Below are positions 51,455-61,190 of a DNA stretch of 64,000 bases, one piece after another. The stretch's first letter is position 1; each line of letters begins with the position of its first letter. Origin of the DNA: an uncultured Actinomycetes bacterium (GTDB lineage Bacteria > Actinomycetota > Acidimicrobiia > IMCC26256 > DASPTH01); NCBI GenBank assembly GCA_963841415.1, contig CAWJCN010000004.1, positions 403,038-467,037 on the forward strand, written 5' to 3'. The position numbers and the translations under genes were made by a program. The notes beneath the pieces are model-generated. The model was not told the DNA's origin. It saw only the letters and a list, made by a program, of their open reading frames with translations, and made no database searches.

Positions 51455-52744
51455 ATGAGCATCCCGACGGTCGGCGTCGTCGTCGTCAACTACAAGGGCG
51501 GCGATCTCACCCTCGACTGCCTCCGCAGCCTGGTCCGCTCCCAGTGGCCCGCCGGCCAGCTGCGCGTCGTGTTGGTCGACAACGCCTCGCACGACGATGT
51601 GGTCGCGCGCGTGCGCGCCGAACTACCGGTGGTTCGGGTGCTGCAGCAGCCGTCCAACGACGGGTTCGGCGCCGGGTGCAACGCGGGGATCCGCGCGCTC
51701 GGCCACGTCGACTTCGTCGGGCTCGTGAACAACGACGCCACCGTCGACCCGGGCTGGCTGCGGCCCCTGGTCGACGCCCTCCTCGCGGATGAGCGGCTCG
51801 GTGCGGCGGGCCCGAAGATCCTGTTCGCCGGGCGCTTTCTCGATCTCGAGCTCCGCAGCGCCACCGCGCGTCGCGGTCTCGGCGACGGCCGGGATCTCGG
51901 CGTGTTCGTCGCCGGCGCGCGCGTCAACGGCGACGACATGTGGTCGCGGGTGCAGCTGGTCGACGGCACCTGGGGGCTCGAGCCCGACGCCGCCCACGGT
52001 GGCGAGTGGACGGGTCCGGTCGCACACCTCCGCGTCCCGGCACCCGACGACGACGGTCCGAGCATCGTGTCGCTGTTGCTGTCGGCCGATGGCCCGCGCG
52101 CGATCTCGCTCCAGGCGGGCGGAGACACCGTCGAGCATGCCGTCCGCTCTGAACCTGCCTGGTACGACGTGCCCGCCTCCGGCGCGGGCATCGCGGTGGT
52201 CAACAACGTCGGTACCGAGCTGCTGCCGGGCGGATTCGCCGCCGACCGCGGGTACCTCGAACCCGACGCCGGCCAGTTCGACACACCCTGCGACGTGGAC
52301 GCGTGGTGCGGCGGCGGCGTCCTGCTCCGACGCGAGTACCTCGACGACGTCGGGCTCTTCGACGAGGAGCTGTTCTTGTACTACGAGGACCTCGAGCTCG
52401 CGTGGCGAGGCAGCAAGCGAGGCTGGCGCTATCGGTACGTCCCCGATTCGGTGGTACACCACCTGCACGCGGCCACGAGCGGCCGCGGCTCGTCGCTCAA
52501 GCAGTTCTACGACGAGCGCAACCGCCTCCTGGTGCTGGCGCGCCACGGCAGCCTCGTTGCAGCGACCGCGGCCGCGATGCGCTCATTGCTCGTCACCGCG
52601 TCGTACGCGCGCCGTGACGTGATCGCACCGGCCCTCGCCGGTCGGTCACCTCAACCCGACGTCGCCTGGCGCCGGCTCCGCGCGTTCGCGAGATTCCTGG
52701 GCCGCGTACCGGCCACCGCTTCGCAACGATTCGGCGCGAGCTGA
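51455..52744 (+). CDS. GT2 glycosyltransferase (rhamnosyltransferase-like) with an inserted domain
   Basis: VDNAS, GFGAGCN, NNDA, FLYYEDLE; about 120-aa insertion after PKIL. Confidence 0.85.
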   Translation: MSIPTVGVVVVNYKGGDLTLDCLRSLVRSQWPAGQLRVVLVDNASHDDVVARVRAELPVVRVLQQPSNDGFGAGCNAGIRALGHVDFVGLVNNDATVDPGWLRPLVDALLADERLGAAGPKILFAGRFLDLELRSATARRGLGDGRDLGVFVAGARVNGDDMWSRVQLVDGTWGLEPDAAHGGEWTGPVAHLRVPAPDDDGPSIVSLLLSADGPRAISLQAGGDTVEHAVRSEPAWYDVPASGAGIAVVNNVGTELLPGGFAADRGYLEPDAGQFDTPCDVDAWCGGGVLLRREYLDDVGLFDEELFLYYEDLELAWRGSKRGWRYRYVPDSVVHHLHAATSGRGSSLKQFYDERNRLLVLARHGSLVAATAAAMRSLLVTASYARRDVIAPALAGRSPQPDVAWRRLRAFARFLGRVPATASQRFGAS

Positions 52745-54010
52745 CGACCACGGGTTCAGCGAGACGAGGGCGGCGGCCGCGAACACCACCAGCGGAACAT
52801 CTGCGGTGACGCGATACCGGAGCTCTCCATAGAACAGGGCGCCGACGAGAAACGCGACGCCGACAACCGCGAGCAACGGGAACAGCACCACGCGCTGCCG
52901 ACGAAGCTGAACCGCGCCCACGACGGCGAGCGGAAGGAACACGAACTGGAGCAGGAAGATCAGCCACGACACCACCTCCGGCCGAGCACCGGTCTCGGCT
53001 TCGAAGCTCGCGGTCTGGCTCGGGGCGTACACACCGGTCATGCGAGCGAGTCGGGCCGCGATCACGATCGGGAGTCGACCGGCGTGGTCCGAGGCGTAAT
53101 CGAGTCCGGCGTCGGTCCAGAAGTCCGACAGCTCGGATTGGTCCCGTGGTTTCGTGGCCGGTAGCGGGCACGAGAATCGATCCCACAGTCCCGGCGCGTG
53201 GGGACCGTAGGTCACCCGATTGTTGGCGCCACAGAGGATCCCTCCCAGGTTGGTGGAGATGAGCACCGGTTCCTGGAACCGCGTGAGGTTGTAGCCAACC
53301 CACGGCGCGATCAGCACCAGCGCCGCGAGCACGAGGCAGGCGGCATCGCGCGCCCGTCGGCCTGATCGGCGCGCCATCACCGGGAGACAGAGCGCGATGG
53401 CGATCAGGAAGAGCAGCTCGGTACGCGTCAGCGCGGCGGCACCGCAGACGACGCCGAGCAGCACCGCGGTCTGCCATCGCGGCTGCCCGACGTACGACGA
53501 GCAGCAGAGCAGGAACAGCGCGACCAGCAAGCCCGCCAGGGACTCCGAGAGGAGGACGCCGTCGTTGACCCAGAGCACCGGAAGCACGGCCGCAAGCGAG
53601 GCCGCGACGAGCCCGACCTGCTCGCGAGCCACCGCGCGACCCAGGAGCCCGACCACGAACACGGTGAGCGTGCCGATGAGTGCGACGGTGCATCGCTGGA
53701 GGATCACCGAGCTGCCACTGGAGATGATGGACGCCGGCAGGAGGGCGACGGAGAAGAGCGGCGGGTGCAGAGCGGAGGGTATCCCGGAGTGCGGAGCGGC
53801 AGTGAAGCCGTAGCCCTTGCTGAGCCAGTCAGCCGTCAAGTGGAAGAACGGCTCGTCGCCGGTCAGGTGCGCGTCTCCCTTGGCCCACAGCGCATAGGCA
53901 AACCGAATCAGCGCCGCGAGCGCGACGACGATCGCGAGGTTCCGCGCGAAGCGAGCGCCGGCACGCGTCGACGAGGAAGCATCCGGAGGGCTTGGCGACA
54001 GCGTCGACAT
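52646..54010 (-). CDS. GT-C (GT39/ArnT-like) membrane glycosyltransferase
   Basis: GDE, HPPLF, LLSESL, LTRTE, many TM helices. Confidence 0.8.
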   Translation of the reverse strand: MSTLSPSPPDASSSTRAGARFARNLAIVVALAALIRFAYALWAKGDAHLTGDEPFFHLTADWLSKGYGFTAAPHSGIPSALHPPLFSVALLPASIISSGSSVILQRCTVALIGTLTVFVVGLLGRAVAREQVGLVAASLAAVLPVLWVNDGVLLSESLAGLLVALFLLCCSSYVGQPRWQTAVLLGVVCGAAALTRTELLFLIAIALCLPVMARRSGRRARDAACLVLAALVLIAPWVGYNLTRFQEPVLISTNLGGILCGANNRVTYGPHAPGLWDRFSCPLPATKPRDQSELSDFWTDAGLDYASDHAGRLPIVIAARLARMTGVYAPSQTASFEAETGARPEVVSWLIFLLQFVFLPLAVVGAVQLRRQRVVLFPLLAVVGVAFLVGALFYGELRYRVTADVPLVVFAAAALVSLNPWSSARAESLRSGGRYAAQESRERAEPAPGDVGLR

Positions 54011-54039
54011 CGCGACCTCGGCGTGTCCCTCGGCCTCGG

Positions 54040-55077
54040 CTAGATCAGGCCCTGCTCCATCGCTTCGAGGACCCAGGGGACGACGATGTCGAGCATGTCG
54101 TCGAGTGATGTGGTGGCCTCGAAGTCGAGCACGTCGCGCGCTTTGTCGACCGACGGGACGCGCTTCTGCACGTCGTAGTCGAACGGGTCGTCGGCGACGT
54201 AGTTGAACGGTTGGTCGCCGTTGATGCGCTGCCAGATGTTCGCGGCCAGTTCGAGGACGGTCGTGGACTCGGCGGTCGAGAGGTTGAAGTCCTCGTTCAG
54301 CGCGGCGGGGCTCTCCATCGCATCGACGATGCCCCGGGCCAGGTCGCCGCCGTAGGTGTAGTGACGCACCTGGTTGCCCTCGCCCAGGATGTGCAGCGGG
54401 TCCTGGCCCTTGGCGATCTTCTGGATGAGGTCGGGCACGACGTGGCTCATCGCGAGCTTCACGTTGCCGCTCTCGATCTCGATCTCGGTCTTGGCCCGCA
54501 TCTCGCCGGTGCCGACGCAGTTGAACGGGCGCACGATCGTGTACGGCAGTCCGTACTGCGTGTTGGCGGCGCGGGCGAAGTACTCGACCGCGAGCTTCTG
54601 GAACCCGTACGACGAGATCGGCGGCGGGACCTCGCGCTCCTGCCCCTCGTACGACGGCCAGCGATCGGTGGACTCGAAGACCATCGACGAGCTCATGTAC
54701 GTGACCTTCTGGAGCCGCCCATCGCGGTGGGCGGCGATGGCGGCATCGCACGACGACGCCATGATCCGCTCGTTGGTGGCGAGCAGGTCGTAAGCGAAGG
54801 CGTGGAAGTAGGAGATGCCCCCGATGAGCGCAGCGCCGGCGATGAAGTGGTCGCAGTCCATGAGCAGCTTGGTCATGAGGTCGACGTCGCGACAGTCGCC
54901 CTCGACCAGGGTGTAGCGCGGGTGGTCGTCGTAGGACTTCTCGACCGGCCCGTACTTCGAGTGGTTGTCGACCCCCACCACGCGGTAGCCGCGGCCGAGC
55001 AGGTCCTCGACGACGTAGCCGCCGATGAAGCCGGACGACCCGCTGACGAGCACCTGCTGCTCGACCGACTCTTCCAT
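54040..55077 (-). CDS. NAD-dependent sugar epimerase/dehydratase
   Basis: GSSGFIGG, YGFQK, RPFN. Confidence 0.9.
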   Translation of the reverse strand: MEESVEQQVLVSGSSGFIGGYVVEDLLGRGYRVVGVDNHSKYGPVEKSYDDHPRYTLVEGDCRDVDLMTKLLMDCDHFIAGAALIGGISYFHAFAYDLLATNERIMASSCDAAIAAHRDGRLQKVTYMSSSMVFESTDRWPSYEGQEREVPPPISSYGFQKLAVEYFARAANTQYGLPYTIVRPFNCVGTGEMRAKTEIEIESGNVKLAMSHVVPDLIQKIAKGQDPLHILGEGNQVRHYTYGGDLARGIVDAMESPAALNEDFNLSTAESTTVLELAANIWQRINGDQPFNYVADDPFDYDVQKRVPSVDKARDVLDFEATTSLDDMLDIVVPWVLEAMEQGLI

Positions 55078-55826
55078 CACAGTTCCTTTCCGGCCGCCCG
55101 GACCGCGTCGAGCGACAGCTCGGGTCCGAACGCGAAGCGGTACCACTTGAGGTACCGGGGAATCCATCTCGCGACTTTGAAGTTCGACGCGCCCTGCGCG
55201 CGCTCCAACCAGATGGTGGGCATCTCGGCCACCGGGCGGCGCAGGCGCCGCGCTTTGGCAACCAGCTCGATGCCGATCTCGAACCCGCTGTCGGAGTCGA
55301 TGTGAACGTCGCGCACGAAATCCACCGAGTAGGCCTTGAACGAGTTCGTCGCGTCGCGCGTGCCGACGCGCGCCATCCAGTAGAGCGAGAGCCCGGCCAG
55401 GCGCGACAGCTGGCTCTTCACCACCGGGCCGCCGATCTGCTGACCGCCGCTCATGTAGCGCGACGCGGCCGCCACCACCACCCCGCGCTCGACCAGCTTG
55501 CAGAGCTCGTCGATCTGCTCGGCGTCGTCGCTGCCGTCGGCCATGGTCACGACCACCACCGGTGCGTGCACGTTGTCGATGCCGTACCGGATGGCGCGCG
55601 CCGGCCCGGGGCCGTAGGTGTTCCGGGTGGGCACGACGCGCGGGTCGACCTCCGCGTACTTCCGCAGCGGCTCGACGGTGCTGTCGGCGTCGTCGTCGAA
55701 GACCACGAGCACCTCACACGGAAGCGTGACCCCCGCGAAGATGCGCTCGAGGCAGCCGACGATCGCCTCTCCCTCGTTGTAGACCGGGATGACCACCGAC
55801 ACCCGGGGTTGGGCCGGCTCGATCAC
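55077..55826 (-). CDS. GT2 polyprenol-phosphate glycosyltransferase (DPM1-like)
   Basis: IPVYNEG, MADGSD, ASRYMSGG, DATNSFK. Confidence 0.87.
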   Translation of the reverse strand: MIEPAQPRVSVVIPVYNEGEAIVGCLERIFAGVTLPCEVLVVFDDDADSTVEPLRKYAEVDPRVVPTRNTYGPGPARAIRYGIDNVHAPVVVVTMADGSDDAEQIDELCKLVERGVVVAAASRYMSGGQQIGGPVVKSQLSRLAGLSLYWMARVGTRDATNSFKAYSVDFVRDVHIDSDSGFEIGIELVAKARRLRRPVAEMPTIWLERAQGASNFKVARWIPRYLKWYRFAFGPELSLDAVRAAGKEL

Positions 55827-57016
55827 ACCTGCACTCCGCCCTCACGCAGGTTCCAGATGTCGACGACCGGCACCGGGACCTCGAGGTCGCGGTAGATCGT
55901 GTGGGGCGTGCCGATCACGATCAGGTCGGATTCGAGCAGCACCGTGTCGAGGTCGACCAGGTCGGGATCGGTGGTGACGTACGGGTCGTGGGTGAGGACC
56001 CGGCGCGACTTGAACTTGAGGATGCGCTTGAGCTTGTAGCTCAGGCTGGAACGGATGTCGTCGGACTCGGCCTTGAACGACATGCCGAGCACGCCGACGG
56101 CCATCGTGGAGAGGTCGTACTGCTGCTCCATGCGCGCGACGACGTAGAGCGGCAGACCCTCGTTGATCGACACGCTCGCCTGGCCGAGGTGGAAGTTGTT
56201 GTTGTTGAACGCCGCGAGCTGCATCGTGTCCTTGAACAGGCACGGGCCGGCCGCGAACCCGGCGCGCGGGAGGTCGGCCGCGCGCGGGTAGTTGTACGAC
56301 AGCGCCGATCGGATGCGCTCGTAGTCGAGGCCGAAGTCGTTGGCCATCATGTAGAGCTGGTTCGACGCCGCGAACTTGATGTAGCGCCAGGTGTTGGTGA
56401 AGAGCTTCGCCAGCTCGGCTTCTTCGGGCAGGAGCTCGACGATCTCGTGCGCGAGGTTGCCGAAGAGCTTGCCCGCGCGCTCGAGCGCGCGCGGTGAACG
56501 GGAAGCGACGATCTGGGGGAGCTCGAAGAGCTCGACCATCGCCTTGCCCTCGGCGATGCGCTCGGGACAGAACGCGACGTCGACGTCGAGACCGAGCTCC
56601 TCGACCAGTCGCTCCACCAGCGCGGTGACGCCGGGGTACACCGTGCTGCGCAGCACGAGGAGCTGGCCGTCGTGCAGGTACGACGCGAACTCGGAGATGG
56701 CGTCGGGCACCGCGTTGAGGTTGGGGTTGAGGTGCTCGTCGATGGGCGTGCCGATCACGACCACGACATGTTCGACGTCGCCGATGATCTCGGGCGCGCT
56801 CGACGCCGAGAGGTGCCCCGACGCGACGACGTCGGCGAGGACCTCGGGCGCGCCGGGCTCGTCGAAGGGCATGGTCGCGTCGTTGACCATCGCCACCGAG
56901 CGCTCGTTCAGGTCGTAGAGGACCACCCGCAGGCCCCGGCTGGCGAAGGCGAGGCCGAGGGGCAACCCGACGTGCCCGCAGCCTCCGACGATCGCCACGT
57001 CGTGTCCGCTGCTCAT
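55823..57016 (-). CDS. Nucleotide-sugar 6-dehydrogenase
   Basis: GHVGLP, PERIAEG, AGPCLFKD, FKAESDDIRSS. Confidence 0.9.
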   Translation of the reverse strand: MSSGHDVAIVGGCGHVGLPLGLAFASRGLRVVLYDLNERSVAMVNDATMPFDEPGAPEVLADVVASGHLSASSAPEIIGDVEHVVVVIGTPIDEHLNPNLNAVPDAISEFASYLHDGQLLVLRSTVYPGVTALVERLVEELGLDVDVAFCPERIAEGKAMVELFELPQIVASRSPRALERAGKLFGNLAHEIVELLPEEAELAKLFTNTWRYIKFAASNQLYMMANDFGLDYERIRSALSYNYPRAADLPRAGFAAGPCLFKDTMQLAAFNNNNFHLGQASVSINEGLPLYVVARMEQQYDLSTMAVGVLGMSFKAESDDIRSSLSYKLKRILKFKSRRVLTHDPYVTTDPDLVDLDTVLLESDLIVIGTPHTIYRDLEVPVPVVDIWNLREGGVQV

Positions 57017-57103
57017 CGCTCCCCTGGATCCCTTCACCGGCGAATGCCAGATGGTACCGGAGCCCCTGCCCCGGAACCGCCACCGGACGGGCTCTCCGGG
57101 GCG

Positions 57104-58267
57104 TCAGCCCGCCTTGCGCAGGACCGCGATCAGGTTGCCCTCGCCCTCCCGCGGCCCGCACCCGCCGACCTGCTCCACGCCCAGCGGCACCCGCTCGTTG
57201 GCGAGGCGCAGGAACTCGGCGAAGGAGCCCTCGTCCCACACGTGGGCGTGGATCGTGTGGCGCCGCTGCTCCTCGAGGAGCGCCGCCCGCGCGTCGGCGT
57301 CGTCGGGGATGGGCATCCCGACGCCTTCCAGGTAGTCGACGATGTGGTCGTCCGCGACCTCGGTGACGCCGCGCTCGTAGTGATCCCAGAGGTGTGCGAA
57401 CGGAGTGAGGTCGCGCCGGCTGTCGAACGCGTAGTCACGGTCGGGCACCGCGACGAAGACGATGGCCCCCGGTCGCATGATGCGGGTGACGTTGGCGAGG
57501 AACGCGAGCGGGTTCGCGAGGTGCTCCATCACGCCGTTGGCGACGATGAAGTCGAAGTCGTGCGCCGCGAGCTCGGACAGGTCGCTCTGATTCAGGTCGA
57601 CGCGCAGGGTGACGTCGACCATCTGGTCGCCGTAGTGCTCCTTGATCTCGGGAAAGACCTCGTAGAGGTCCTCGTTGAGGAAGTGGTCGGCGTAGGTCAT
57701 GTCACATGACGGGTCGACCGCGAGCGGCGAGTGCAACGCGCCGAACTCGAGACCACGACCGTGGAGATGCTCGCGGGCGAGAGCGATCATGGGCGGCGGC
57801 ACCGCGCTGAACGTCTCCAGCAACCCGAGGTCGGCGTCGGGTGAGAGCTCGAACACCCCCGCCCGCGCGATCGACCCGTCGACCTCGAATTCGACCTCCA
57901 CCGGGAGCGGCTGGTCGAACGGGGGCAGGTCGACATAGTGCGAGAACCCGCGGGCGGCGACGAACCCGTGGACGCCACCGAGCGCGGCGACGACGTCGGG
58001 TCGCTCGCCGACCATCGGCAGCTCAGCCCACGGATCGTCACCGAGCTTGACGCGCGCCACGACACGGCGCGGCGTCGCCGACGCCCGCAGCCCGACCCAG
58101 CCCGAGAACCGCGCCCGTTGCAACGTGTGCGCGGTGACCACGCGCTTGGTGGGCAGCTCGACGAAGGCGTAGTAGGGCGGCGTACGCCGGACGCGGAGGA
58201 ACTTGCGGCTGACGACGAGCGGTCCGACGCGGCGACGGGTGGGCGGGTACATCTCGAAGCTGGTCAT
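57104..58267 (-). CDS. Methyltransferase-domain protein with N-terminal beta domain
   Basis: GRGLEFGAL, DFIVANGVMEHLANP, VPDRDY. Confidence 0.78.
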   Translation of the reverse strand: MTSFEMYPPTRRRVGPLVVSRKFLRVRRTPPYYAFVELPTKRVVTAHTLQRARFSGWVGLRASATPRRVVARVKLGDDPWAELPMVGERPDVVAALGGVHGFVAARGFSHYVDLPPFDQPLPVEVEFEVDGSIARAGVFELSPDADLGLLETFSAVPPPMIALAREHLHGRGLEFGALHSPLAVDPSCDMTYADHFLNEDLYEVFPEIKEHYGDQMVDVTLRVDLNQSDLSELAAHDFDFIVANGVMEHLANPLAFLANVTRIMRPGAIVFVAVPDRDYAFDSRRDLTPFAHLWDHYERGVTEVADDHIVDYLEGVGMPIPDDADARAALLEEQRRHTIHAHVWDEGSFAEFLRLANERVPLGVEQVGGCGPREGEGNLIAVLRKAG

Positions 58268-58406
58268 GGGGCGCGAATTCGGGGAGGGCGCTCGCCGCGG
58301 GCGGAGCAGGTGCAGCGAGGATAACCGGACCGTTGCGTCGGGGCGGCGGTACCATCCGCGAGCGAGCGCGTCCCCGCCCCCTCGACCCCCCGGGAGTAGC
58401 CCAGTC

Positions 58407-59108
58407 ATGCCCGAACTGCCGCACGCGCGGTTGAAACCAGGGCTCAACTACGAGCGGCTCTACGAGTTCCGGCACCGGCGCGTCTACCGCGACGATCGCG
58501 TGGCGGTGTGGAAGGAGATCGCTCCGTACGTGTACGAGCTGATGGAACGCCCGGAGCGGGTCCTCGACCCCGCGGCAGGATGGGGAGAGTTCATCAACGC
58601 GGTGCCGGCGGCCGAGCGCTGGATGGTCGACGCGGTCGAGTTCCCGGAGCACCACCGTGATCCGTCGGTCAAGGCGATCTTCGCCGACATCCGCGACGTC
58701 GAACTGCCGCCTGCGTACTTCGAGGGCGTGTTCGTCTCCAACTTCCTCGAGCACCTCGCGACGCCCGACGACATCGCCGGCTTCCTCGCGCAGATGCGCG
58801 AGACGATCGCACCCGGTGGGCGCATCGTCGTGATGGGCCCGAACTTCAAGTACGCATGGAAGGAATACTTCGATTTCGCCGACCATGTGCTCGCGCTCAC
58901 CCACGTGACGGTGCTCGAGCACCTTGCTGCCGCGGGGTTCGAGGTGGGTTCCGTCATCCCCCGGTTCCTCCCGTACTCGTTCACAGGGAGGCTCCCGGCT
59001 TGGCCGGTGCTCACCCGCCTGTACCTCCGCGTTCCCGCGGCGTGGCACCTATTCGGGAAGCAATTCCTGGTCGTCGGCCGCGCGCCAGGCGGTGCGGCAG
59101 GGACGTGA
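58407..59108 (+). CDS. Class I SAM-dependent methyltransferase
   Basis: VLDPAAGWGEF, SNFLEHL, PGGRI. Confidence 0.85.
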   Translation: MPELPHARLKPGLNYERLYEFRHRRVYRDDRVAVWKEIAPYVYELMERPERVLDPAAGWGEFINAVPAAERWMVDAVEFPEHHRDPSVKAIFADIRDVELPPAYFEGVFVSNFLEHLATPDDIAGFLAQMRETIAPGGRIVVMGPNFKYAWKEYFDFADHVLALTHVTVLEHLAAAGFEVGSVIPRFLPYSFTGRLPAWPVLTRLYLRVPAAWHLFGKQFLVVGRAPGGAAGT

Positions 59109-61110
59109 GCGCCACGGAGGACGATCCGCCGCCGGGACTGCAACGTGGTCGGCGGCGCGCACTGCCGCGCTCATCGGCCGCAGAGGGCACGACTCCCGAC
59201 ATGTCATCTCGGCTCACCCGGTGGTCAGCCGTCGCCGTCGCTGTTCTTGCGCTGCTCCACCTCGCGCTCGGTGCACTCGATCCCGCGAGCGCACACGACG
59301 TCGCGAGCGGAACCTTCTCGGCCGGCGCCAGCGTCATGTGGATGGCGCGGATCGTCATCGCGGCCGGAGCAGGCGTGTGCTTCCTCCTCGGCCCCGGCTT
59401 GGTGTGGCGGCAGGTTCACCGTGAGGGTGTGATCAGGAACACCGCGTTCGTCTGGATCCCCGGCGCGCTCTACCTGCTCATCGCGGCGACCATCGCTTGG
59501 GGACTCGCGGGGACCGTCGACCCGGCAACGACATGTGCACTCCTCGTTCTGCCGGTGCCGATCGCAGTGCTGTGGTGCGCGCCACGTTGGCGCTCTCACC
59601 TGATACCGACTGGCGAGCGCACCGCGCTCGTCTTGTTCCTGTTCGTGTTCACGATCGGGCTCGGCGTGTCCACGTGGTCGGTGGGACCGGAGGGTGAGCT
59701 CTACGGCGGCACCATCTCGCGCACCCTCGAGGCAGGACCGCGGAGCGACTCGCGCATCTCCTACAACGTCATCGCGCTCCTCGCGCACGGTGACGCGCCG
59801 TACGGGACTCAGGGAGTCGCCTACTACGCCCCCTACAACTTCTACGCCCGTGGCCCCATCGCCGGTCTGGCTGCCGGAGCGGTCGTGATGTCGGGCGGGG
59901 CCTCACCGGGCGCGCGAATCCGGACGCGACCTGGGAGCCGTTCGACCGACAAGGCTTCATGACCTATCGGATGTTCATGATGCTGCTGAACGCGACCGCG
60001 ATTCTCTCGGTGTTCGGCCTGGCGACGACCTTCCTGCGAACACGCTTCGCAACCGCAGCCACCGCACTCGTGGCACTCTCGCCGTTCGTGATCTACGAGG
60101 TGTACTTCACGTGGCCGAAGCTCCTCGCCGCGTCGTACACCCTCGCGGCGGCAGTCGCGCTTCTGCAACGGCGACCGCTGCTCGCAGGACTCGTGTTAGG
60201 TCTCGCGTATCTCGCGCACCCGAGTGCGCTCTTCGCCGTTCCGGCGCTGCTCCTCGCCTGGCTCGTGCTCCGGCAGCTGGGTGCGGAGCGCCTTCCCGTG
60301 ACGGCATCGGACGCCGAAACGGGGTGTGGAGGGCCCCCCGGCCTCTGGCGTTGGTGCGTTGACACACTTGTCGTCGCCGTCGGGTTGGGCGCGGTGTACC
60401 TCGGTTGGCGAGCGCTCAATGCCGGACACGTCGTCGACTACTTCAACGACTACCTCGGCACTGCGTACGGAAAGGTGGACGCGCCGTTGTCCGATTGGAT
60501 TCACAGCCGTCTCCATCTGACGGCGAATTCGTTCATCCCCTTCCGTCAGGTGTTCGCCGATCCGCACGACGAGTTCACCAACGTGGTCGGGGGACAATCG
60601 CCGTTCATCGTCAGGCTCGGCGCGCAATGGCGGACCACCGTGACCGTCGGCGTCGGCGTGCTCTACCTCCCCATGTTCCTGTACGGCCTGGCGCGATTCG
60701 TGCGACGAGCGGCACTCCTGTCCCTTGCGCTGCTCGTGCTGCCCACGGTTGGCTTCATCATCTTCTGGGGCGCGGACGTCACCGGCATACTGCAGGAAGG
60801 GATGCACTCACTCTTCCTCCTCGCCATCCTTGCTTCCTTCGTCGGTCACACCGTCGTCTCGCACTCTTCGCGCATCAGCCGATGGGTACGGTTCAGTTCC
60901 ACAGCACGCGTCGTCGAGGTGCTCTTCGTGGCGATGGTTCCGACCATCGCGACGAACGCGCTCTTCAGTGCACCGGTCTTCCGCATCACCGACCTCTTCG
61001 GGTTGGGTCTGATCGTCTTCGGCGCGCTCGGACTCGCGATTCTCAGTTGGCGTGCGTTCGCACCCGATCGAATTGCAGCGATCGAAGCCGTGACTCCGAG
61101 CCTGACCTGA
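59105..61110 (+). CDS. Large GT-C-like membrane protein (frameshift near 59910; start 59105 or 59201)
   Basis: Many TM helices, YFTWPKL, HPSA; the downstream frame reads NPDATWEPFDRQGFMTYR ahead of ATG 59959. Confidence 0.7.
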
Positions 61111-61190
61111 TCGCCGGGTCCACGGAGGGGCGAGACTACGATCCGCGTCTCGTTCCCGACCCTCAACCGCTCGCGGAAGTCGTCCACTTC

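Noticed and set aside
52646-55261. 871-aa fusion ORF
   Set aside because: The upstream part is an off-frame read through the epimerase gene; the membrane protein plausibly starts at 54010
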